From NCBI GenBank assembly GCA_963665095.1, contig OY762069.1, positions 1,952,001 to 2,016,000 of the forward strand: DNA of 64,000 nt. Reading direction: 5' to 3'. A program made the position numbers and the translations under genes. How positions within the stretch are numbered: the stretch's first letter is position 1; every line of letters begins with the position of its first letter. The stretch is from an uncultured Desulfobacter sp. GTDB lineage: Bacteria; Desulfobacterota; Desulfobacteria; Desulfobacterales; Desulfobacteraceae. Under the pieces are notes generated by a model, which was not told where the DNA came from, searched no databases, and saw nothing but the letters and a program-made list of their open reading frames with translations. Shown piece after piece: positions 20,511 to 29,340 of this stretch.

Positions 20511-21086
20511 ATGCTATCAGAACTTATTAAAAACAAAAATCTTTTTTTCCATCTTTACGAAATCGATAAAAATACAGCAAAACAGTACAGACAGTTGCCT
20601 TGTCCGCATTGTGGAGGCCCCTTATATTTCAGCAATTACATGCGCAAGCCCCGGGGAGAGCCTGAGGGCGTGCCGGAGGAATTCTTTATTCAGTTCAGCC
20701 TATGTTGTGGAACCGAAGGGTGTCGCAAAAGATTGATGCCGCCGTCCTGCCGTTTTCTGGGGAGAAAAGTCTACTGGTTTGCAGTTATTCTGTGTGTTTT
20801 AACAGACTGGCAAAATACCAATGAAAAAATCACCGTTTATGATTTGTCCATACGAACTGGCATTAGCCGGAACACAATAAACCGCTGGCTTGCCTTTTTT
20901 CAGGATACATTTCCAGTGAGCCGAACCTGGCGAAGGCTTCGGGGGCAGATATCCGCTGGTGTCAGTAACAGCCGTCTGCCGTCAAGTTTCATCAATTATT
21001 GCCGGGCGGTGAAATCCAACGCCGAAAACGCACTTGTATCAAGCCTGATAATCTTATCAGGCGGGTCCAAAATCAGGGCCGGATAA
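20511..21086 (+). CDS. Transposon accessory Zn-ribbon/HTH protein
   Basis: CPHCGG, CC...CRKR, GISRNTINRW. Confidence 0.7.
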   Translation: MLSELIKNKNLFFHLYEIDKNTAKQYRQLPCPHCGGPLYFSNYMRKPRGEPEGVPEEFFIQFSLCCGTEGCRKRLMPPSCRFLGRKVYWFAVILCVLTDWQNTNEKITVYDLSIRTGISRNTINRWLAFFQDTFPVSRTWRRLRGQISAGVSNSRLPSSFINYCRAVKSNAENALVSSLIILSGGSKIRAG

Positions 21087-21192
21087 TCTCGCGCAGAGGA
21101 TGAACATAGACAAATATATGCAGGCTGTTTTACCACCTGATTTCAGACGTTGATCCGAAATTTTAACCTGAAATTAAAAAGGAGCCTGATTT

Positions 21193-22638
21193 ATGAGTGG
21201 TAAAACACAGCACCCGGCAGACCTGTGGGCATTATTTCGCTTTTCGGTTATCGGCGGTTTACTGGCACGCCCTCCGGCAAAGGGAGAGTTGCAAAATGAA
21301 CTGACCCGGCTCGCAGGTCAAATCTATTCTCATCCTGTGACGAACAAACCGACCTGTTTTCATTTTTCCACAATTGAGGCCTGGTATTACAGGGCAAAAA
21401 ATTGCCAGGACCCAATTCTGGCTCTGGGCCGTAAAGTTCGTTCAGATATGGGCAAATCCACAGCATTGAATGCTGAATTGATCCGCCTTCTTGGTGTCCA
21501 GTACAACACTTATCCGCAATGGAGCTATCAGCTTCATTGCGACAACCTGGCAGCTGAAATCGCTGAACAGGGCCTGTGTGAGAATCCGCCGTCCTATGCA
21601 AGTGTGAGAAGGCGTATGGTTGAACGGGGTTGGAGAAAAAAGGCTTCCAAGAACAAAAATCAAACATCCGGACAGAAATCAGCTTTTAAGCGATTAGAAA
21701 CGTATGAAGTCCGTAGTTATGAAACCGAAAACATCCATGAATTATGGCATCTGGACTTTCACGAATGCAGCAGGCGCGTGGTGGACGAAAAAGGTCAGTG
21801 GCATACGCCCAAGGCATTGTGCATTCTTGATGATCGCTCCCGTCTGTGTTGTCATATTCAATGGTATTTGAATGAAACGGCAGAGGTTTTGATCCACGGC
21901 TTGTCCCAGGCGTTTTACAAAAGAGGGCTTCCCAGAGCCTTGATGACAGATAATGGTTCTGCCATGATTGCTCATGAAACCGGCAACGGACTTAAACGAT
22001 TGGGCGTCAGTCATGAGACCACGTTGCCATACTCGCCCTATCAAAATGGGAAGCAGGAAGCCTTTTGGGGTACACTTGAAGGCCGTTTGATCGCCATGCT
22101 GAGCCGGATGGATTCTTTGACCCTGGTATATTTAAATCAGGTCTCCCAGGCCTGGATCGAGATGGAATACAACAAGTCAACCCATGATGAAATTCATATG
22201 TCGCCATTGCAATGCGCCCTTGACGGCAAGGATGTGTCACGTCCTGCACCGGAACCTGAACAGCTTCAATTTTCGTTTACAGCCTGTGAATCCAGAAAAC
22301 AGCGTCTGTCCGATGGTACCATCTCTTTGATGGGCATCCGGTTTGAAATCCCTTCACGGTTTAATCATATCCAGCGTCTTCATGTCTGTTTTTGCTCCTG
22401 GGATAAATCGGTTGCCTGGCTGATAGATAAACGAACCGGAAATAAGCTTGCCGCAATTTATCCCCAGGACAAGACAAAGAATGCTTCAGCAATCCGTCGT
22501 ATCAAATCCACTCCGGATGAAATTAACCCTGGCCATGAAACCCTGTCCGGATCAGAACCGGCCCTGCTTAAAAAGCTCTTGTCCGATTATGCAGCAACCG
22601 GAATGCCTTGTGCCTACTTGCCAATGGAGGAAAAGTGA
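21193..22638 (+). CDS. DDE integrase/transposase (IS481/Mu-like)
   Basis: WHLD, DDRSR, MTDNG, PYQNGKQE. Confidence 0.92.
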   Translation: MSGKTQHPADLWALFRFSVIGGLLARPPAKGELQNELTRLAGQIYSHPVTNKPTCFHFSTIEAWYYRAKNCQDPILALGRKVRSDMGKSTALNAELIRLLGVQYNTYPQWSYQLHCDNLAAEIAEQGLCENPPSYASVRRRMVERGWRKKASKNKNQTSGQKSAFKRLETYEVRSYETENIHELWHLDFHECSRRVVDEKGQWHTPKALCILDDRSRLCCHIQWYLNETAEVLIHGLSQAFYKRGLPRALMTDNGSAMIAHETGNGLKRLGVSHETTLPYSPYQNGKQEAFWGTLEGRLIAMLSRMDSLTLVYLNQVSQAWIEMEYNKSTHDEIHMSPLQCALDGKDVSRPAPEPEQLQFSFTACESRKQRLSDGTISLMGIRFEIPSRFNHIQRLHVCFCSWDKSVAWLIDKRTGNKLAAIYPQDKTKNASAIRRIKSTPDEINPGHETLSGSEPALLKKLLSDYAATGMPCAYLPMEEK

Positions 22639-23462
22639 TGAACAGCAAACGATTATTGGCTTATTATGGATTGAAGTACAATCCTTTTTTACCAAATATT
22701 CCTGTGGACTCATTATGGCATCCACCCCGGATGGAGGCATTTATTACACGCCTTGAAAATATGACCATGAACGGTGGATTTGCATTAATCGCCGGTGAAC
22801 CCGGTCTTGGCAAATCCAAGACACTACAGGCGATTGCCCATCAGCTTGGCAAGCTTGATGAAGTCGTTGTCGGCGTTATGGAGCGCCCCCAAAGCAGCGT
22901 GGCCGATTTCTATCGGGAAATGGGGACACTGTTTGGTGTCAATTTGAGTCCGGCCAACCGTTACGGAGGGTTCAAAGATCTGCGGCAACGATGGAAAAAT
23001 CATATTAAAACAACCCTGTTCAGACCCGTCCTGCTCATTGATGAGGCTCAGGAAATGCTTACCGGATGCCTGAATGAGCTTCGGTTGCTCAACAGTATGG
23101 ATTTTGACTCCCAGAATTTATTGACCACCATTATCTGTGGTGATACCCGGCTGCCGGAACGGTTCAGAACCAGTGCATTGGTAGCCCTGGGGAGTCGACT
23201 CCGGTTCCGGTTAAAATTGGATCCTTATACCCGGGAAGAATTGTTGGATTATATAGCGCATTGCCTAAATCAGGCCGGAGCTCCTCAACTCATGACAAAA
23301 CCTTTAATCACCGCTTTGGTAGAGCACTGTACAGGAAACTTACGGGTCCTCAATAATATGTCGGCAGAACTGCTTGAAGTGGGCGTTCAAAGAGAGCTGC
23401 CGCAACTGGATGAGAAACTTTTCATAGAGCTTTTTTCACTGAAACCGTCGCCAACCAGATAA
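22638..23462 (+). CDS. ExeA/TniB-like AAA+ ATPase
   Basis: GEPGLGKS, LLIDEAQ; TGATG coupling, GGAGG RBS. Confidence 0.88.
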   Translation: MNSKRLLAYYGLKYNPFLPNIPVDSLWHPPRMEAFITRLENMTMNGGFALIAGEPGLGKSKTLQAIAHQLGKLDEVVVGVMERPQSSVADFYREMGTLFGVNLSPANRYGGFKDLRQRWKNHIKTTLFRPVLLIDEAQEMLTGCLNELRLLNSMDFDSQNLLTTIICGDTRLPERFRTSALVALGSRLRFRLKLDPYTREELLDYIAHCLNQAGAPQLMTKPLITALVEHCTGNLRVLNNMSAELLEVGVQRELPQLDEKLFIELFSLKPSPTR

Positions 23463-23473
23463 GAGGTATAAAA

Positions 23474-23716
23474 ATGACAATCAATGAAACACAACTTGAA
23501 AAAACAATGGCTGAAATTGTCGACGAGCTGGGCAATCTGGTCATGGAGTTGATCCTTGTCAGTTTAAAAAAAATAAACTCGGAAAATCATCTTTTGACAG
23601 AATTGCTGGAGATCAAACAAGAGGAACAAAGAGAAAATGAATTTTATGGTTTTGGTGAAACGGAGCCGGGACATCCTGGGGAGGAAACCCGGCAAGGGAT
23701 AGCCAAAAGCAGGTAG
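23474..23716 (+). CDS. Small acidic hypothetical protein in transposon B
   Basis: GAGGT RBS right after the ATPase stop; 80 aa. Confidence 0.5.
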   Translation: MTINETQLEKTMAEIVDELGNLVMELILVSLKKINSENHLLTELLEIKQEEQRENEFYGFGETEPGHPGEETRQGIAKSR

Positions 23717-23830
23717 CATTGAATAATGCGCCGGGGGAAGCGGGGTTGACCTGCTTCCCCTTTCTGTATTATTCAAGCTTTCCTGCTCATGCCTTAAAAA
23801 ACCCAATAAAATCAGTCGGAGCGCAGCGAC
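23655..23830 (+). ncRNA. Candidate structured RNA/DNA element, copy B
   Basis: Conserved with 19241-19409; substitutions keep pairing. Confidence 0.5.
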
Positions 23831-23913
23831 ATCTGCTAATCATTGAAAATACAGTTATGCCTTTCCCTGATTTATCCTGATTGTCGCTCCATTGATTATC
23901 GTGCTTCCTCTCA

Positions 23914-24297
23914 CTTTACATATTTTCTAATCATCTCAGAATCCAAACCAACTGTATCGACACAATACCCTCGTGCCCAAAATTTGTTACCCCAATAGGG
24001 CTTAGACTTCAGCTGCCTGAATTTACTGAACACCCTTATTGCAGTTCTGCCCTTCAGAGTCCCAACGTAATCTGATATCGACCCCTTCGGTGGAACCATT
24101 GCGAGCAAATGAACGTGATCTGTTTGCACATTCAGTTCCATAACCTGGCACCCCTTCTGCTCCGAAAAGGCTCTGATACAGTTTCCCACCTCATGCCCTA
24201 CTTCCCCTGTTAGTATCCGAAATCTATATTTCGGAACCCATACGATATGGTACTGACAATGCCATATCGTTTGTGATAATTTCTGAAATCGGCTCAT
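23914..24297 (-). pseudogene. tnpA: IS200/IS605 Y1 transposase, N-terminal part
   Basis: YHIVWVPKYR, DHVH (HUH), FWARGY, IRKYV. Confidence 0.92.
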
Positions 24298-24418
24298 TTG
24301 TTACTCCTTGATCTTCTGTTGTGGGGACAACTTGATCTTTGAGTAACATTGAGCCATACAGAGGGCAAAGCCTCTGCACTCTGACCTGGTCCTGAGGACC
24401 AGGGTTTCTACGCTGGAC

Positions 24419-24888
24419 TAAAAGCTGGTCAACAAACTGCAGTTCTTCATCCACAATTTCAGGATATGGTTTTCTTAGCCGGTCGAAATCAAACAGGTTA
24501 TCAGAATGGAAGTTATCAATATAAATAGCCATTTCCTGAAGATTGCGAATTCCCCCAGACGGGCTTTGATCTTCAATGCCCGTAAGCTTTTCGATGGGAA
24601 GACCCAATTCTTGGGAGTAATCATAATTATCCACAACCTCAATCATGATTTCTCTGGTCAGTTCTTTCTTGGACTTCCTGGTCATATTTTTCCAGTTCGG
24701 AAAATCTTTTTTCAATTGATTTGTAATGATTCGCCTGATATTTTTCTCGTGCATAAAGCCTCTGTTTTTGTGTTTTGTTTTTTGAATTAAACGCTTAAAA
24801 TAATACACTTAAACAGAGTTTTTTCAAGGCTTAACTAATTGAATTTTAAATAAATTTTGCTAATTTTTCGCTATTGACTTCAACACCC
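24419..24888 (-). mobile_element. Truncated IS (ISNCY/IS5-like); transposase N-terminus 24419-24754
   Basis: MHEKNIRRII...NWK ORF breaks next to the IS200 LE; end-like GGGTGTTGAAGTCAATAG. Family recalled, not verified. Confidence 0.5.
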
Positions 24889-24894
24889 TTTATT

Positions 24895-25641
24895 ATGGAT
24901 ATTTTTAAGGAAGCCGCCCAAAAAATTGTTAATTCAAATTATACGGTGGCATTTACAGGCGCGGGCATTTCCGTTGAAAGTGGTGTCCCGCCGTTCAGAG
25001 GCAGGCACGGGCTTTGGAACAAATACGACCCCAAAACCTTTGATATTGACTATTTTATGCAGGATTCCGGCCATGCCTGGGAAGTTCTCCGGGACATATT
25101 CTATGATCTGTTCGGCACGGTTCTGCCCAATGCCGCCCATTATGCGCTGGCTGAGATGGAACATACAGGCATGCTGCGCTCGGTGATTACTCAGAACATT
25201 GACAACCTGCACTCAGATGCCGGCAATAAAACTGTTTTTGAATTTCACGGGTCATTAAAAAAAATTCTTTGCATGAACTGCCATCGCAGAATCGGCGTCA
25301 ATGAGGTGAATATGCATCGTCTGCCGCCGGTATGTCCTGAATGCGGGGGACTTTTGAAGCCGGATGTGGTCTTTTTCGGTGAAGCCATCCCGGAAGCTGT
25401 GGCCTCCGGTGCCATGAACGCGGCACAAAAAGCGGACTGCATGATCCTTATCGGTACCACCGGCACTGTGGCCCCGGCCAATATGATCCCCCCCCAGGCC
25501 AAATCAAACGGCGCCACCATTATTGAAATCAACCCCTCTCCTTCTGAATACACCCGGGGGGTCACGGATATTTTTCTTCAGGATAAAGCCACAGTCGCCA
25601 TGGAACGACTGATGGATGAGATTGATTCTTTAAAACCATAA
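24895..25641 (+). CDS. cobB: NAD-dependent protein deacylase (sirtuin)
   Basis: TGAGISVESG, TQNIDNLH, HG, CxxC pairs, KPDVVFFGE. Confidence 0.93.
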   Translation: MDIFKEAAQKIVNSNYTVAFTGAGISVESGVPPFRGRHGLWNKYDPKTFDIDYFMQDSGHAWEVLRDIFYDLFGTVLPNAAHYALAEMEHTGMLRSVITQNIDNLHSDAGNKTVFEFHGSLKKILCMNCHRRIGVNEVNMHRLPPVCPECGGLLKPDVVFFGEAIPEAVASGAMNAAQKADCMILIGTTGTVAPANMIPPQAKSNGATIIEINPSPSEYTRGVTDIFLQDKATVAMERLMDEIDSLKP

Positions 25642-25669
25642 GAAGAATTCTAAAAAAGGGAAAAACATC

Positions 25670-25999
25670 ATGGAAAACTGTTTGTTCTGCAAAATCGCCA
25701 ACAAGGAACTTCCCAGCGAGATGCTGTATGAAGATGACAATTATGTGGTGTTCAGGGACATCAATCCCCATGCACCGGTTCATCTTCTTATTGTACCTAA
25801 AACCCATATCCGCAGTGTTAATGATCTTGACCCGTCCCATACTCAGATTGTGGGCGGCCTGTTTCCTTTGGCTGCCAAGATGGCGGAACAGGAAGGGGTT
25901 AACAAGTCAGGGTATAAACTGCTGTTTAATGTGGAAAAAGGCGGGGGACAGGTTATCTTTCATCTTCATCTGCACCTGATGGGCGGCTGGGACCATTAA
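25670..25999 (+). CDS. hinT: Histidine triad nucleotide-binding protein
   Basis: CLFCKI, DINP.AP.H, HLHLH. Confidence 0.9.
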   Translation: MENCLFCKIANKELPSEMLYEDDNYVVFRDINPHAPVHLLIVPKTHIRSVNDLDPSHTQIVGGLFPLAAKMAEQEGVNKSGYKLLFNVEKGGGQVIFHLHLHLMGGWDH

Positions 26000-26351
26000 T
26001 GTTTGGACTGAAAGTCTCCCACCTGCGCCTGCATCTGGGCAACTTTTAACCCAAACGTCAAAGAGCGTTTTGACACCACATAACGCCTTGTCCCAAACAC
26101 TATTTTTTAACATTATCCGGGCAGATATTTTTTATCTTTATTTTTTTATATATGGAAAAACAAAAACATTTCAAAAGAATCTATACTTTATTTATCCTGA
26201 GATTGAACAAAGTTAAGCGGTTTTTCGTTCAGACAAAATAATTTGGGTTTGGGGCTGAAACAGCTGAGTTTATGGGGTCTTGACTTGGGAAATGCTTAGC
26301 TGTAAAAAGCCATGGTGTTTTGAATTAATAAACTTAAGGTGAAACTGAAAG

Positions 26352-26429
26352 ATGAAAATTTTTAAAACTGATTTTTTCTTTTTTAGCTTTGGACGCTTCT
26401 TCTTTTTTAGAGGCGTTCATCCGGTTTAG
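26352..26429 (+). CDS. Phe-rich attenuator leader peptide MKIFKTDFFFFSFGRFFFFRGVHPV
   Basis: 10 Phe in 25 codons, upstream of aroF-pheA fusion. Confidence 0.85.
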   Translation: MKIFKTDFFFFSFGRFFFFRGVHPV

Positions 26430-26495
26430 CCTTATGTCATAATTTGACTGTCAAGCCCCGGGTGGACGGTAAACCACCCGGGGTTTTTTGTTTTT
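26391..26495 (+). promoter_or_regulatory. Transcription attenuator (1:2, 2:3, 3:4)
   Basis: 26391-400/26409-418; 26415-424/26458-467; terminator 26456-465/26474-483 plus T-run. Confidence 0.85.
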
Positions 26496-26502
26496 GCGCC
26501 TG

Positions 26503-26540
26503 ATGCCCCGGGGGAAACCTTCGGGGCATTTCTTTTTTTT
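26503..26540 (+). terminator. Second terminator-like hairpin before aroF-pheA
   Basis: ATGCCCCGGGG-GAAA-CCTTCGGGGCAT followed by T-run. Confidence 0.6.
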
Positions 26541-26591
26541 AATGGACTAAAGGCGTAAAAAAGTCGCCGTAAGGCAAAGGAGAATTCAGCA

Positions 26592-28463
26592 ATGAAACTA
26601 ATCTTAGAACCCGCCATAACGAACCCGCAACTGGCACAGATTCAGGCTGCGCTTGATGCCGATGGCTGCATCACCAGCCGGATTGTGGATGCCGGTGCTC
26701 AAGTTATCTGCATCACCGGAGCAAAGGTAAAACAGCCCTGCAATCATTATATCGGACTTGACGGTGTGGCCAAAGCCATTCCCATCACCACCGCCTATAA
26801 ACTTGTCAGCCGGGAGTTTAAAACCGAAGATACCCGGGTAAAAGTAGGCCCTGTCACCGTGGGCGGCGACCGCATTGCCATTGTGGCAGGACCCTGTGCC
26901 GTGGAAAGCCGGGAACAGGCCATGGCCATCGCCCGGGAGGTCAAAAAGTACGGGGCGGTCCTGTTCCGGGGCGGAGCATATAAGCCAAGGTCCTCGCCCT
27001 ACTCTTTTCAGGGCCTTGAGGAAGAGGGGTTGGAAATTCTGGCTGAAGTCAGGGAAGAGACAGGCTTGGGCGTGGTCACTGAAATGACCTCCCCTGCCCA
27101 GGCGGAACTTATGGAAAAATATGTGGATGTAGTCCAGATCGGCGCCAGAAACATGCAGAACTTTGAACTTTTAAAGTGTGCCGGAAAAATGAGCAAGCCT
27201 GTTGTTTTGAAACGGGGCCTTGCCGCCACAATCCAGGAGTGGCTAATGTCGGCCGAATATATTGCCGCAGGGGGAAACACCAATATCATTTTATGCGAAC
27301 GCGGCATCCGCACCTTTGAACCCTATACCCGGAATACACTGGATCTTTCCGCCATTCCGGTACTCAAACAGCTTACTCACCTGCCCATTATTATTGATCC
27401 CAGCCATGCCACGGGCATCCGGGAAAAGGTTGCCCCCATGGCCAGAGCGGCAGTGGCTGCCGGTGCCGATGCCTTGATGATAGAGGTTCACAACGATCCG
27501 GACCATGCATTGTCTGACGGTCCCCAAAGCCTTTATCCCGAACAGTTCGGCAACCTTGCCCGGGATATCTATGTTATTGCCCCTGTGGTTGGAAAACAGC
27601 TCGACTTTGATTATCTGAAAAAAAGCCAGATCGTGAATGACTGCCAGACAAAAGAGGCGGGGACCTGCGCCTTTACCGGCGAGGCTGGGGCCGACTCACA
27701 CAAGGCCTGCCTCTCCTATTTTGGAGATGATGTAACACCTGTTTCCATGCCGGGATTCAAGGATATCTTCGCGGCAGTTGAGGGTGGTACCGCAGCCTAC
27801 GGGGTGGTGCCCATGGAAAATTCCCTGTCCGGATCCATCCATGAAAATTACGATCTCCTGCAGGAACATGACCTCAAAATTGTGGGAGAGGTGACCATCC
27901 GCATCAAACATGCCCTGATCACCCATCCGGGAGCAGATGTCAACTCTGTGACCAGGCTGATGGTCCCGGCCCAAACCATTGCGCGGTGCCGTAACGTGCT
28001 TGACCAGATGCAGCACATGGACATCATCCCTGTCAGGGAAGGCGTCTCTGCCGTCAGGGTGGCAAAGGAGACCGGAGACCCCATGGCAGGAGCCATTGGA
28101 CCGGCAATGGCGGCCGGCATCTACGACATGACAGTTGCCGACGAATCCATTGAAGACAATCCCATGAACTTCACCCGGTTTGCCGTCATTGCCAAAGACT
28201 TGAAGGGTAAACGCAAGGCCCATAAAACCAGCATCATCTTTTCAGCCGGAAACCAGCCCGGTGCGCTTTTAGAGGTGATGCAGATATTCAGTGACCACCA
28301 CATCAACCTGGTCAAGCTTGAATCCCGGCCTATTTCGGGAAAACCCTGGGAATATCTGTTCTATGCGGACCTTGAAGCGGATCTTGATGATACAGGTGAT
28401 GATCCTGTGATGGCGGACCTGGAAAAGAAGGTGGAGACACTTCGGGTCATAGGCCGCTATTAG
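26592..28463 (+). CDS. aroF: DAHP synthase (type I-beta) fused to prephenate dehydratase-ACT
   Basis: [30 protein letters not shown]; then VPMENS..GS, NFTRF, KLESRP. Confidence 0.9.
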   Translation: MKLILEPAITNPQLAQIQAALDADGCITSRIVDAGAQVICITGAKVKQPCNHYIGLDGVAKAIPITTAYKLVSREFKTEDTRVKVGPVTVGGDRIAIVAGPCAVESREQAMAIAREVKKYGAVLFRGGAYKPRSSPYSFQGLEEEGLEILAEVREETGLGVVTEMTSPAQAELMEKYVDVVQIGARNMQNFELLKCAGKMSKPVVLKRGLAATIQEWLMSAEYIAAGGNTNIILCERGIRTFEPYTRNTLDLSAIPVLKQLTHLPIIIDPSHATGIREKVAPMARAAVAAGADALMIEVHNDPDHALSDGPQSLYPEQFGNLARDIYVIAPVVGKQLDFDYLKKSQIVNDCQTKEAGTCAFTGEAGADSHKACLSYFGDDVTPVSMPGFKDIFAAVEGGTAAYGVVPMENSLSGSIHENYDLLQEHDLKIVGEVTIRIKHALITHPGADVNSVTRLMVPAQTIARCRNVLDQMQHMDIIPVREGVSAVRVAKETGDPMAGAIGPAMAAGIYDMTVADESIEDNPMNFTRFAVIAKDLKGKRKAHKTSIIFSAGNQPGALLEVMQIFSDHHINLVKLESRPISGKPWEYLFYADLEADLDDTGDDPVMADLEKKVETLRVIGRY

Positions 28464-28669
28464 AAACCAGCTTAAAAAAGCTTTTGACTGGTTTATAGCA
28501 GACCACCTCGAACAGGGCCGCCATCAATTATCATATTTTTTAAGATTAAGATGACGGTTCTGTTCCTATTTTATTTCCTTCTCCCCCATTTGGGTGATGT
28601 TTCTATTTGATTTTTATTCAAAAATAGATACTATCACATAACTTTTTCTTTTGAGGAGAAGAATAAGCC

Positions 28670-29302
28670 ATGTCCCAGCAAGCAGAAATTTTCAAAACGC
28701 ACTATCATAACTATCTGACAAAAATCGGGGAGATCAATCCTGACACAGTCAAAGAGACCCTGGGCCTTAAAACCCGGGCAGATCACTTTCTTGTACCGTT
28801 CCTGGGAAACGTTTATCAGGTCTCGGCAAGGGGAATATCCGATGCCCAGGGAGAGCGGCCCAGTTACGGGCTTTGTGTAATCCTTGCCAGATATCTTCTG
28901 AACTGCCCGTCGCAACTTCATAATGATACCCAGTGGGTCGCATTCCGCGAATTCAGACAGGCCTCCCATTTTACCAATGTCAATTATTTTGCCACTGACA
29001 CGGAACAGGCCCTGATAAAACATTTTTCCGGCAGAATGGCGGATCTTGTTCAGGCCTGTGAAAAAGCAGGAGGAACGGCCGATGCCGTGCAGATGCCTTA
29101 TGATCTGGCTGTCTCTTTTCAGGCCCTGCCCAGGATTGGCCTTTTGTTGCTTTTCAACGAAAAGGATGAAGAGTTCCCTGCCCAGTGCAAGGTGCTGTTT
29201 AACAAACATTCGGAATTTTATCTTGATCCGGAGGCCCTGGCCATGACCGGCGCGGCCCTGGCAAAGACCCTTAAAAATCTGGCGCCCGGCGCCTGTGGAT
29301 AG
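28670..29302 (+). CDS. DUF3786-like protein
   Basis: WVAFREF, ALPRI, DEEFPA, YLDPE. Confidence 0.7.
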   Translation: MSQQAEIFKTHYHNYLTKIGEINPDTVKETLGLKTRADHFLVPFLGNVYQVSARGISDAQGERPSYGLCVILARYLLNCPSQLHNDTQWVAFREFRQASHFTNVNYFATDTEQALIKHFSGRMADLVQACEKAGGTADAVQMPYDLAVSFQALPRIGLLLLFNEKDEEFPAQCKVLFNKHSEFYLDPEALAMTGAALAKTLKNLAPGACG

Positions 29303-29340
29303 CACCCCTAAACATCAACACTGCAATAAAAGGAGGCAAC

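Larger units (their letters stand above)
20373..23913 (+). mobile_element. DDE transposon B (Zn-ribbon/HTH + transposase + ATPase + small ORF)
   Basis: Imperfect IRs TGAGAATGATCAC / TGAGAGGAAGCAC; 6-bp duplication CTTTAC at 20367-20372 and 23914-23919. Confidence 0.9.
20211..24410 (-). mobile_element. IS200-type element interrupted by transposon B
   Basis: Related subterminal hairpins CCTGGTCCTCAGGACCAGG (LE) and CCTGGCCCTCAGGGCCAGG (RE); exact ends inferred. Confidence 0.75.

Noticed and set aside
18395..23462. ExeA ATPases as type II secretion genes, or a CAST system
   Set aside because: They lie within transposon ends; no secretion genes, cas genes or CRISPR array.
24224..24418. C-terminus of the 24224-24808 ORF
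   Set aside because: Read-through across the IS200 left end.
28634..29305. 223-aa minus-strand ORF
   Set aside because: Shadow of the DUF3786-like gene, which has the RBS and motifs.
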